Assembly: GCF_039654945.1 (NCBI RefSeq) | Contig: NW_027361722.1 | Location: 4,712,001 to 4,776,000, forward strand | Source of the DNA: Dendrobates tinctorius | Taxonomy: Eukaryota | Length of the DNA: 64,000 nucleotides | Reading direction: 5' to 3' | Shown: positions 1 to 13,300 of the stretch, piece after piece | Numbering within the stretch: position 1 is the first letter of the stretch | Layout: every line of letters starts with the position of its first letter | Made by a program: the position numbers and the translations under genes | Notes under the pieces: generated by a model | Told to the model about the DNA's origin: nothing | The model's input: the letters and a program-made list of their open reading frames with translations, nothing else | The model's database searches: none

Positions 1-968
1 ATGTCCTGTATTATACTCCAGAGCTGCACTCACTATTCTGCTGGTGCAGTCACTGTGTACATACATTACATTACTGATCCTGAGTTGCATCCTGTATTAT
101 ACTCCAGAGCTGCACTCACTATTCTGCTGGTGCAGTCACTGTGTACATACATTACTGATCCTGAATGATGTCCTGTATTATAACCCAGAGCTGCACTCAC
201 TATTCTGCTGGTGCAGTCACAGTGTACATACATTACTGATCCTGAATGATGTCCTGTATTATACTCCAGAGCTGCACTCACTATTCTGCTGGTGCTGTCA
301 CTGTGTACATACATTACATTACTGATCCAGAATGACGTCCTGTATTCTACTCCAGAGCTGCACTCACTATTCTGTGGTGCAGTCACTGTGTACATACATT
401 ACTGATCCTGAATGATATCCTGTGTTATAACCCAGAGCTGCACTCACTATTCTGCTGGTGCAGTCACTGTGTACATACATTACTGATCCTGAGTTACATC
501 CTGTATTCTACTCCAGAGCTGCACTCACTGTTCTGCTGGTGCAGTCACTGTGTACATACATTACATTACTGATCCTGAGTTACATCCTGTATTATACTCC
601 AGAGCTGCACTCACTATTCTGCTGGTGCAGTCACTGTGTACATACATTACATTACTGATCCTGAGTTACATCCGGTATTATAACCCAGAGCAGCACTCAC
701 TATTCTGCTGGTGCAGTCACTGTGTACATACATTACATTACTGATCCTGAGTTACATCCTGTATTATACTCCAGAGCTGCACTCACTCTTCTGCTGGTGC
801 AGTCACTGTGTACATACATTACATTACTGATCCTGAGTTACATTCTGTATTATACTCCAGAGCTGCACTCACTATTCTGCTGGTGCAGTCACTGTGTACA
901 TACATTACATTACTGATCCTGAGTTACATCCTGTATTATACCCCAGAGCTGCACTCACTATTCTGCTG
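1..968. repeat. 81/86-bp tandem repeat, truncated by the window edge
   Basis: Unit ttactgatcctgagttacatcctgtattatactccagagctgcactcactattctgctggtgcagtcactgtgtacatacattaca, about 11 copies. Confidence 0.95.
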
Positions 969-1084
969 GAGGAGCCACTGCACAGTGAATAATTAGGGAT
1001 CGTTTACAGAAACGTTCTTTATGTGAAGCTTCTTTTTCTAGTAAAGTCTCGTTAGTTTTACAGTCGGCTGCTTCCCGCTCCTGA

Positions 1085-1215
1085 GTGCGGAGCTCCTGCT
1101 GCAGATGATGGAGGTTGTGCGGAGCTCCTGCTGCAGATGATGGCGGTTATGTGGAGCTCCTGCTGCAGATGATGGCGGCTGTGCGGAGCTCCTGCTGCAG
1201 ATGATGGAGGTTGTG
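1085..1215. repeat. Approximately 32-bp tandem repeat in the CCDC191 3'UTR
   Basis: gcggagctcctgctgcagatgatggaggttgt x4. Confidence 0.85.
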
Positions 1216-1240
1216 CTCCGCCAGGTCGGTTGCTTCCTCC

Positions 1241-1385
1241 TCACATTTCTCTCTTCATAGTGAAGTCGGGGAGGAGTTCGGCCACCCTCTTCCTCAGCGC
1301 GTCTCTTCGCTCCTCCTGTAATCTCAGCGCTCTCATCTCCTCTGGGAACCGTCTCCACGTTCTGAGCGCGCTCAGTAGGATTCTC
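1241..1385 (-). CDS. CCDC191: CCDC191 last coding exon
   Basis: RILLSALRTWRRF...RKRVAELLPDFTMKREM*. Confidence 0.88.
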
Positions 1386-4300
1386 CTGGAGGACAGTGTG
1401 GTGCAGTAATGAAGATTTGTCTATACCCCGCTGTGGCGCCCCCTGCTGCGTACACAGTGCAGCTTCTGTCATCTGCACCCACCTTTGGTTGTGCTCTGCT
1501 GCCATCCTCTGCTTCTCCCACATGGCCATCTTCTCCTCCTGCGCCACGTTCAGCCAGGAGAGGAACGTCCGTCTCTGGAGATTCGCCTTGTGGCGCCGCG
1601 CTGCTCTCTCCTCCTGGATGGACAGGTAGTCCTTATACTGGAAGATGGAGGCATGCATTACTATGGTCCCTATGACAGTGATGCCGGGCCGGGGCTGCGA
1701 CATAAAACTCTGCTACATCTGTAACAGAACCGAGCAGGAGCTTCTGAATCGCAGTCATTTTTGCTAGGAGTTAAAGGGACAGTCCACTGTTCAGGAGGTC
1801 TGCATTAACCAGCGTCCCTTCCTGCTTGGTTGCTCGGGGTCCTCTCCCTTAGTGTTGGATGTCCAGGAGATCCTCGTGGAGCCATGAGCGACGGGGCACA
1901 ACTCACCTTCAGCCAGTGCCGGAAGATTCTCCGTAAGAGTAAGGTGGTGCACAGCTGCTCTGCCCGCCGGACCTTCTTGGACATGAGCTCCCTCGCTGCT
2001 TGTGACCAGCAGAGGAGGCCGCGTCTCAGGTGGGCACGACGGTGATGAGACTCTGCCCGCTGCACAGGAGGAAGGTGGAAAGATGGCAGAAGATTAGGTT
2101 GGGATTGGAAACAGTGAGTAAGCTTGTGAACAGCCGAGCTCCTATAATGCAGGGTCTGTACAGTAAATACATCATTAATCTCCATGGGGACACTGAACAA
2201 GTAACACATCCTGGGGGATTGCAGCTCTGAAGCCATTAATGCAGCATGTATACTGTACATAGAGGGTTCATCATGCTGGATATTATACTATGATGTCTGA
2301 GGTGGAGCTGCAGCCTCCAAACCGTAGAAAAAGATGACGTGTCCGCCTGTGACACCACCGGCGCTCTGTCGTTACCTCCACGTTCTGACTGCGTTGCACC
2401 AGCAGCTTCTTCCAGGGCGCCAGGCCGCAGGACCTCAGCAGCCGCTGCTCATTGTGCCGCTCCGCTCTCCGCAGCAGCTCCTCTTCTTTCTGCAAACGCC
2501 TTTGCTTCTCCTCTTCTTTCTGGCAAATCAAGTGACCAGGATGAGCGGTCAGCAACATGGCGGCTGTGCGGGTCGTCTTACGATCAGGCGGTGGGCCCGG
2601 TGCGGTGTGGGGGGGGGAACACTACCTGTCTCTGCAGCCTCTTCTCCTCCCTCTTCTTCTCCAGCTGCGCCTCCTTCTCCGCCAACTCCAACTGCAGCCT
2701 CTGCTCCTCTGCCGCCCGCAGCTCCGCCTGTAGGTGAGGAGGGAGACGTAGCGTCATCTAGGGCCACAGTCACACATCCGTCTACAAAGGATCTGTCAAA
2801 TATGGACGACACGCAGATGGACGCTGCAGCACAATGTCCGCTGTCTGCGTGTCAACCGAGGCTCACGGATCCCCAATCACATATCTGGAGTGTGACCGGC
2901 TCTGTGACCTCTGGGGGTCGTGCGCTGTCCCCCACAGCTGTGTGAATGGCGCCTTACAGATATATGTGGAGACCCGGTAATTGTAAGATTCCTCACCAGC
3001 CTCTCCTCCTCCCGCCTCTTCCTCATCTCCTCCAGTAATCGCCTCCTTTCTGCTCGCTGTGCCGCTCTCTCCTCCATGGCTGCAATGAGAAAGTAGGAAA
3101 AAAAAAAATCAATGGAAATGATAATCACAAGAAAGCCGCTTCTGAAAGTTGTCAGCATTGCCCCCCCGCTGTGAGCAACCGTGACATCGTGCATTCTCCC
3201 TCCTCGTCATCAACCGTGACACCACGAGTCCTCCCTCCGTCATCAACAGTGACATCGCGCATCCTCCCTCCCCACATCAGCAACCACAACAATGCATGTC
3301 CTCCCAGTAAGCAACTGCAACACCATGCATCCTCCCTCCCAGTCATCAACCGCAACACAGCGAGTCCTCCCTCGCCGTCATCGACTGCGACTCCATGAGT
3401 CCTCCCTCCCATCAACTGCGACACCGCGAGTCCTCCCGTCATCAACCGTGACATTGCGCATCCTTCCTCCCCGTCATTAACCGCGACACCACGAGTCCTC
3501 CCTCTCCGTCATCAACCATGACATCGCGCATCCTCTCTCCCCATCATCAACCGCAACAGCACGAGTCCTCCCTCTCCATCATTAACCATGACATCGCGCA
3601 TCCTCTCTCCCCGTCATCAACCGCAACACAGCGAGTCCTCCCTCTCCGTCATCAACCATGACATCGCGCATCCTCTCTCCCCATCATCAACCGCAACAGC
3701 ACGAGTCCTCCCTCTCCGTCATCAACCATGACATCGCGCATCCTCTCTCCCCGTCATCAACCGCAACACAGCGAGTCCTCCCTCTCCGTCATCGACTGCG
3801 ACACCATGAGTCCTCCCTCCCATTAACTGCGACACCGCGAGTCCTCCCTCCCGTCATCAACCATGACATCGCGCATCCTCTCTCCCCATCATCAACCGCA
3901 ACAGCACGAGTCCTCCCTCTCCGTCATCAACCATGACATCGCGCATCCTCCCTCCCCATCATCAACCGCAACAGCACGAGTCCTCCCTCTCCGTCATCAA
4001 CCATGACATCGCGCATCCTCTCTCCCCGTCATCAACCGCAACACAGCGAGTCCTCCCTCTCCATCATCGACTGCGACACCATGAGTCCTCCCTCCCATCA
4101 ACTGCGACACCGCGAGTCCTCCCTCCCGTCATCAACCATGACATCGCGCATCCTCTCTCCCCATCATCAACCGCAACAGCACGAGTCCTCCCTCTCCGTC
4201 ATCAACCATGACATCGCGCATCCTCCCTCCCCGTCATCAACCGCAACACAGCGAGTCCTCCCTCTCCGTCATCGACTGCGACACCATGAGTCCTCCCTCC

Positions 4301-7300
4301 CATCAACTGCGACACCGCGAGTCCTCCCTCCCGTCATCAACCATGACATCGCGCATCCTCTCTCCCCATCATCAACCGCAACAGCACGAGTCCTCCCTCT
4401 CCGTCATCAACCATGACATCGCGCATCCTCCCTCCCCGTCATCAACCGCAACACAGCGAGTCCTCCCTCTCCGTCATCGACTGCGACACCATGAGTCCTC
4501 CCTCCCATCAACTGCGACACCGCGAGTCCTCCCTCCCGTCATCAACCGTGACATTGCGCATCCTTCCTCCCCGTCATTAACCGCGACACTGCGAGTCCTC
4601 CCGCTCTGTCAACCGTGACATCACGCATCCTCCCTCCCCATCAGCAACCGCAACACCACGAGTCCTCCCTCTCCGTCAACCATGACATCGCGCATCCTCT
4701 CTCCCCGTCAACAACCGCAACAGCACGAGTCCTCGCTCTCCGTCATCAACCATGACATCGCGCATTTCCCTCCCCATCAGCAACAGCAACACCATGAGTA
4801 CTCCCTCCCGGTCAACCGCGACACCGAGAGTCCTCCCTCTCCGTCATCAACCGTGACATCGCGCTTCCTCTCTCCCCGTCATCAACCACAACAGCACAAG
4901 TCCTCCCTCTCCGTCATCAACCATGACATTGCGCATCCTCCCTCATCAGCAACAACAAAGCGCGTCCTCCTCGTGAGTAACCGCAACAATGCATGTCCTC
5001 CCAGTGAGCAACTGCAACACCGTGCAGCCTCCCTCCCCGTCATCAACCGCGACACCGCGAGTCCTCCCTCCCTGTGAATTTGCCCCGTTCAGGTCCCTCC
5101 AGCCTCTGGTTCCTACCAGTCACTGCAGGATGGGGGGTGGAGGATCCGCCATTTCTCCAGGGTGCGGTGCTGTGCGGGGGGCTTGTACTGGGCCGTTCCG
5201 ATGGTTTAGATGATAGCGGCAATCTATGAAGACACAACCCAGACAGGACACATGGGCAGCAGTGATGTCCACACTGGAGGCGACACCCAGCTTTCCTGGA
5301 GTCCTGAAGGACACATCATCTAGTTATGAACATATTCTACATATTGGCAGCAGACGTGGCCGCCGTTTACTGTCTCCCAGCCGTGCCTGATCAGATATAA
5401 AACCACGGCTTGTTTATAAAGCAGCGCTGAATATGAGAGGTTTGGTACCTGGGAGGCGCCTCACGTGCCGGGCGGCTCGGGGTAGGAGGCGCACTGCCCG
5501 TCCTCTGGGTGACCCTGGGCCCAGACAGCTCTGCAGTCACAGCGGTGGCGTTTTTGGCTTCCCGCTTGGCGATCATCAGTCTCTGGTTCTCCATTAGTCC
5601 CAGGATCATCTCTTTCTGCTCCTGCAGCTGCCGCCTTTGCTCCTCGATCAGCTTCTGCTGGAAAGTGTGACGGTTCTCAAAGTTTTCCCCGTACGGGGGG
5701 ACCTTCCTGTGGTGGGGAGACCCCTGGGGGGCGCTGCGATGCTGCTGCAGCTCTTCGGGAGTGAGGGACGCATGCTGCAGGGTGACCTGCCAGGCGTGCC
5801 GGGGACCAGCCTTTGGCTTCTCTGCGCTCGTCTTGTGGGATGTGACGGGAGCCTCGGTCTTGGAGCTTCTGCTCGTGTCCACCTACAAAGAGACAAAGTC
5901 TTTCTATGAGATCAAAAGATTTCAGCTCTGAGGGAAGTCAACGCTGACCTGAAATAACGCAGCTGCAGTGTGAATCCAGTGCGATTAGTCTCAGCACCTG
6001 CAGTCCGGCTCCATATGAACTGACCCCATTACTAAGCTTTCTGGTGATAGGAGGAGTTACCCGAGTCTCGGTGGCCTCGTGGCTGCGGACAGTCGCCTCC
6101 GTCTGCTCTGCGTTGCTCTGTCTCCACCCCCCGACCGATGAGGCTGCATCCAGGAGAGCCGCCATCTTCCTCTTAGTCTCCTCTTTCTGCGCTTCCAGCT
6201 CTCGCTTCTCCTTCTCGCCTCGACACCAGAGCTGCCATTCAATCAGGCAGCGGCGCAGGAGGCGATAGCTGTAGCACTCCGCGGCGGCCTGCAGTTTCCT
6301 GCGGTCAGTGAGTAAGAGCACCCAGGACATAGATGGGAACAGTGATACAAGTATGTGCAACCATTCACACGTGTCCTCCTAGGATCACGCACCGTTTCTG
6401 ATCCCTCAGGTTCTTCTCCATCTGTCGGGTCTCCCGCTCCATCTTTCCTGACCACACGTGGTCCCTCCAGGCCCGGAACGTCCTCAGCTGAAGCCTCCAG
6501 TCGGCCAGGGCCCGTGCCTTCCCCATCTTCACCCTGCGCTCCAGGACCAGCTTGTACCAGGCTGAGAAGTGATTCTGAAGACACTGCCGAGACGTGAGCA
6601 CAAGAATCAGGAATAATGACCCCACTAATGTGTTTAGGGGGCGCCAGGGTCCGGGGAGAGCCGCCTGTAATCAGCACAATAATTAGAAATGTTCCCAAGC
6701 CCCTTCCTGTTCCGTCACTGAAGTGGCTGATAACAGGGAGCACTAGGCAGTCTCCCCCCAGCATGAAGTGGCAGATAGCAGGGAGCACTAGGCAGTCTCC
6801 CCCCAGCATGAAGTGGCAGATAGCAGGAAACACTAGGAAGTCTCCCCCCCAGCATGAAGTGGCAGATAGCAGGGAACACCAGGCAGTCTCTCCCCCCAGC
6901 ATGAAGTGGCAGATAGCAGGGAACACTAGGCAGTCTCCCCCCAGCATGAAGTGGCAGATAGCAGGGAACACTAGGCAGTCTCCCCCCAGCATGAATTGGC
7001 AGATAGCAGGAAACACTAGGCAGTCACCCCCCAGCATGAATTGGCAGATAGCAGGGAACACTAGGCAGGCTCCCCCCAGCATGAAGTGGCAGATAGCAGG
7101 GAACACTAGGCAGTCTCCCCCCCCAGCATGAAGTGGCAGATAGCAGGGAACACTAGGCAGTCTCCCCCCAGCATGAAGTGGCAGATAGCAGGGAACACTA
7201 GGCAGTCTCCCCCCAGCATGAATTGGCAGATAGCAGGAAACACTAGGCAGTCACCCCCCAGCATGAAGTGGCAGATAGCAGGGAACACAAGGCAGTCTCC

Positions 7301-10300
7301 CCCAGCATGAAGTGGCAGATAGCAGGGAACACTAGGCAGTCTCCCCCCAGCATGACGAGGCAGATAGCAGGGAGCAATAGATTACTTGCTGTGGCCCTCT
7401 CACCCTGTGGTTTTCAGCGTAGATCTGATGGAGCAGCTCCTGGATCTTCTCCCGTTTCGCCAGTCTCCTCTCCGGCTCCTGAGACGCTGGCTGTGCCGGC
7501 TCCTTCTTCTTCTGCAGCTCCTGCCTCTTCACCTCTCTACAAAGACAAGAAACCTCCAGTAAGGAGAACAGAATGGATCTGAGAGTCTTTGGAAAGTTGA
7601 GTGACAGCTAATACAGCCGCCATTATGGCAGTCACCCAACTTTCCCAGGTCCTTGAATGACTGCCATAAACATGCATGGACTCAGATACGTATCTAATGT
7701 GCCACTCAGGTGTCTGGGAGAGCTGGGTGAAGCCTGTGGATAGATGTCATGTATGGCGGCTGTCAGTACGGAGTAGTGTCATGGGGGTCACACTCTTACG
7801 CTCACCTCGCCTCCTCCATCACTCTCCGACGCGCGCCCATCTCTTTGCGCAGTTTCACCATCTCTCTCTGGATCTCCTCCTCCTCCTTCTTGGCCTTCAG
7901 CGCTTTCTGCTTGTTCTCCTCCTGCAGCAGCAGCTGCGCCTCTGACAGAACAGACTTCTTCAGCGCCAGCTCCTGCCTCCGCCGCTCCATCTCCCTCTGC
8001 CGTTGAGCCCGGTTCTCCTTCACCTGCGCAAATCACGCGACATCTCGTTATGATCCTGTATGTGGGACGGCTGATTATCGCATAAACAATTCATTGATGG
8101 ACTGAACCTCTACAATTATTACACTAGAATTGTCCAATAAATAGTTAGGATCTGGCACTTCCAAGATACATATAATCAGAGAAATTTCCGGACTTACATA
8201 ACAGCATTTGCCGAAAAAAATGAAGAGATCCAGAAAAAATTATATTAAAATGACATATTTATTAGTTAGACATAAAAATTAGAAAAATAAGAGAAAATGC
8301 CCAGTAGGAGGCGCACATATGCCCTCACAGTACTAATAATGAGGCATGTGTAGGTAATAGAAGTCAGATATGGAAAACAATTAAAGAGCCATAATTAACT
8401 CCATAAATCCTCACAACCATGAAAAAGGCCAATGTATTTAATAAATAAGGTACAGCGGCAACATGACCACTAAGTCTAAGTCCCTATACCAATAAAAGTA
8501 TATAACAAAGTATAACGGCAACATGACCACTAAGTCTAAGTCGTTATACCAATATAAGCGAACAACTAATAACCCAGTGAGCCAAATGAGGATAAATAAG
8601 CCATAAGTAACATTACCTAGACGCTGTGAGCACAAATAGCGGTGGGCGCTGCAGCCTCCTCCACCACACGCCCCCGGAAGAAGCTTGTTGCGAAACGCAC
8701 GTTGGGGTGGAGGAGGCTGCAGCGCCCACCGCTATTTGTGCTCACAGCGTCTAGGTAATGTTACTTATGGCTTATTTATCCTCATTTGGCTCACTGGGTT
8801 ATTAGTTGTTCGCTTATATTGGTATAACGACTTAGACTTAGTGGTCATGTTGCCGCTGTACCTTATTTATTAAATACATTGGCCTTTTTCATGGTTGTGA
8901 GGATTTATGGAGTTAATTATAGCTCTTTAATTGTTTTCCATATCTGACTTCCATTACCTACACATGCCTCATTATTATTACTGTGAGGGCATATGTGCGC
9001 CTCCTACTGGGCATTTTCTCTTATTTTTCTAATTTTTATGTCTAATTAATAAATATGTCATTTTAATATAATTTTTTCTGGATCTCTTCATTTTTTTCGG
9101 CAAATGCTGTTATGCAAGTCCGGAAATTTCTCTGATTATATGAACCTCTACAATGCAAGATTTACCGAGCAGTGCTGCAGTGTAAAGCATAGAGGAGGGA
9201 CAGAGATAGAGCTTAGATCCAAATGGGAGGTGGATTTTAGACTTACTTAAACTCCCAACAGACAACGCATCCAAGCTAGAGTCACTTAATTATAAAGCAA
9301 AGCTGCAGTGTACAGCATGGGTCAGAGGAACGTCCGCTACTCAATGGGGTAGAAGCCAATAATATAAAGGGGGAAATTTGGGGAAGTAATTTGTGTGATT
9401 TTTCACCGCACCTGTTGGTGTCTCAATTCCATGGTGACTCGCAGGTCTTTTTGTGTTGTGTTCTTTATTTTCTCACTCTTGAGACTTTCCAATATCCCAG
9501 AATCCGCCACTTCCTTCTCTAAAAGTGTCTGCAGGAAGTCCTGAGTGTTTGCGCTCTCTGTTTCTTTCTCCAGATAATTATAGAGATCTGCAAGATGCAT
9601 GAAATAAATTGTGTAATGCTTATTTCTAGGCCTAAAGGTCTCTGACCGTGAGCAGCTAGCCAAAACAGAGGACTATGGCGGATGCGCTAGAACGTGGATG
9701 GCAGCAGTGTGTCTCTCCCCTGATCAGGCCCACATAAAAAATTACATTAATACTGTATACATGGAAGCTGTGATTAAAGGGAGGATGTCAGACCCCATTA
9801 TAGTGCCCAAAAATACTACATGGCCTTGTATTGTGCAGCTAGCCAACATAGGGAAAGACTGTAGCCGACAATGGTACTAAGCTGAGGATGGATTCCATGT
9901 GCTGCTATGTGGTTCCCTTACACAGCCCCAAACACAAACACACACAAAAAAATCACTGTATAGAAGACATTAAGGGGTGAGGTTAGACCCCCTTACAGTC
10001 CATAATATACATAGTGCATCACATTGTCTAGCTAGGCACAAGACAGCCTGTGGGTTGTTGAGGTTAGGTTAGGCCCCATTACGGTACCCCAATAATTTCC
10101 CTCATCATCTTACCGTCAAATCTGCTATACTTGATGAACTCTGGAGGGGACGGTCTTGCTGGCTCCATAATGTCCACTTCGGGATCATTGTCATCATCGC
10201 TCGCAAGCTCTACTTTCAGCTTATTGCTCAACCACCCGCTCAGCAGATCCTGGGCTGAAGAGTTAAATATTAAAGTCACCAAAGTACATCCCCACCATCC

Positions 10301-13300
10301 ATAGTTATATGATCCTCCTTTCTTGTACAGTGTAGAAAGAAACTGTGCTGCTGCCTGGAAACCTCCATGAAGCTGCTGTCGGTGGAGATTATAAATTAAT
10401 AATTACTCTAACAATGGCAGGTAAGACCACCAGGATAAGTGACCCCCATGAACAACGGCCAAACATTCTGATTGTACCGTATCTCCATTGGATATTTCTC
10501 TGCTCATTCACAGCAGGACAATAATACATCATAAAAGGACTAATAGAAACACAAAATAAAACCAAAAGATGCATCAACAGCAGCAGCATGCTGATGGTTT
10601 CCAAACCAAGGAAAAGAAACAGAAACCTAGCAACAAGCTGTAATGTCCATACAGCTCTGATCCTTCAGTCTCCTCCCGGGACGTTACCTTCAGTATAAGC
10701 ATCGTCATGGTCGTGCAGCTGATCCACAGACTGCAGGGTCAGCGCTGGGTGCGGGGGTTTCTGGGCACGCTGGGTGGGCTTCTTGGGTGAAAACACTTCA
10801 GATACAGCAAATTCTGATGCCTGCTCCACGCGCTATACAGGAGAAGTGAGAATTAGCAAAGGACGAGCTTCAGCACATCAGACACAGGCGATACAAGATG
10901 GGGAGGGGACACGATAGGGTTCTCATGCGGGCATCACATGGGGAGGCAACAGGGCCTTGGGAGGGGTTGTTAATAAACGCAACACAGAGGGTTGAAGGGA
11001 CAGTAACAAACGTAACACAGGGCAGTAATAAATGTGACACAAGGGGCAGTAATAAACAACAAAGTTACAGGGATACTGTGTGGTGTAGTGAGCCTGTGTG
11101 TCAAGCAGGTGGCGCTCACCAGGTTATTTTCTCACCTGCTGTAACTATCCGCATACACAACAATAATCCGTTATGATTGCGGCATTTTTGCTTTTTTTGT
11201 GTTTTCCTCTTTTTTTATTATGTTTCTTTGGTGCAGATTTCATATAATTTTGTTGTTTGGGGTTTTTTTTGCGTCACCACACATCTCCCCCATAGAAGCC
11301 TCGGGAGAAAACCGTCCCAGAGCCGCACAGTTCAGCCTCTCCGCACACTGAGGACACAAGTGAAATCACATCCACTTTACTGAGCTGTCAATCACAGAGA
11401 ATAGTTCAGCGTCTGCGCGATGTGAGAACAGTGTCTGGATGAGAATCTATAAGTCTCTGTGCCGCGTTCAGCAGTAGATAGAAAAATCTTCAGAGTTAAG
11501 AATCCTCAGTGGTTGATTAATGGCTGCTAGTATCAACCACGGAGGATTCTTAATTCTGAATATTTCTGGATGAGAACCTGGAAGCCGTTATGTGGCCCCG
11601 AGGAGCCGGCCCCAGATCAGCGGCTGCAGCGCTCCCATTATGTGGCGACTATATACACGGAGCAGCCAGGAGTATACAGCACCACGGTCTATATACACAG
11701 GGGACAGAGAGAAAAGATGGAAGTGTAGCATCTGCATCCGAGCCTCTGCTGACATCTGAAGCCTGCAGGGTCCGTACCTTAATCCAATGCTCCACGTTGT
11801 CATAGTCAAAGGCCGCCTGCAGAAACAACAAGATCAGATCATAACAGTGTATCTAATCCTATCCTGTGTGATACTGACTGCTGATCCGTGTATCTAATCC
11901 TCTCCTGTGTGATACTGACTGCTGAGCCGTGTATCTAATCCTCTCCTGTGTGATACTGACTGCTGAGCCGTGTATCTAATCCTCTCCTGTGTGATACTGA
12001 CTGCTGAGCCGTGTATCTAATCCTCTCCTGTGTGATACTGACTGCTGATCCGTGTATCTAATCCTCTCCTGTGTGATACTGACTGCTGATCCGTGTATCT
12101 AATCCTCTCCTGTGTGATACTGACTGCTGATCCGTGTATCTAATCCTCTCCTGTGTGATACTGACTGCTGAGCCGTGTATCTAATCCTCTCCTGTGTGAT
12201 ACTGACTGCTGAGCCGTGTATCTAATCCTCTCCTGTGTGATACTGACTGCTGAGCCGTGTATCTAATCCTATCCTGTGTGATACTGACTGCTGATCCGTG
12301 TATCTAATCCTCTCCTGTGTGATACTGACTGCTGATCCGTGTATCTAATCCTCTCCTGTGTGATACTGACTGCTGAGCCGTGTATCTAATCCTCTCCTGT
12401 GTGATACTGACTGCTGAGCCGTGTATCTAATCCTCTCCTGTGTGATACTGACTGCTGAGCCGTATATCTAATCCTATCCTGTGTGATACTGACTGCTGAG
12501 CCGTGTATCTAATCCTCTCCTGTGTGATACTGACTGCTGATCCGTGTATCTAATCCTCTCCTGTGATACTGACTGCTGAGCCGTGTATCTCATCCTGTCC
12601 TGTGTGATACTGGGCCGTGTATCTAATTCTATCCTGTGTGATGCTGAGCCGTGTATCTAATACTCTCCTGTGTGATACTGACTGCTGAGCCGTGTATCTA
12701 ATCCTCTCCTGTGTGATACTGACTGCTGATCCGTGTATCTAATCCTATCCTATGTGATACTGTCTGCTGAGCCGTGTATCTAATCCTCTCCTGTGTGATA
12801 CTGACTGCTGAGCCGTGTATCTAATCCTCTCCTGTGTAATACTGACTGCTGAGCCGTGTATCTAATCCTCTCCTGTGTGATACTGACTGCTGAGCCGTGT
12901 ATCTAATCCTCTCCTGTGTGATACTGACTGCTCATCCGTGTATCTAATCCTCTCCTGTGTGATACTGACTGCTGATCCGTGTATCTAATCCTCTCCTGTG
13001 TGATACTGACTGCTGATCCGTGTATCTAATCCTCTCCTGTGTGATACTGACTGCTGATCCGTGTATCTAATCCTCTCCTGTGTGATACTGACTGCTGAGC
13101 CGTGTAGCTAATCCTCTCCTGTGTGATACTGACTGCTGATCCGTGTATCTAATCCTATCCTGTGTGATACTGACTGCTGAGCCGTGTATCTAATCCTCTC
13201 CTGTGTGATACTGACTGCTGATCCGTGTATCTAATCCTCTCCTGTGTGATACTGACTGCTGAGCTGTGTATCTAATCCTCTCCTGTGTGATACTGACTGC

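Noticed and set aside
1038-1703. 221-aa ORF as a single exon
   Set aside because: Only 1483-1637 is in the CCDC191 frame; the last exon uses a different frame
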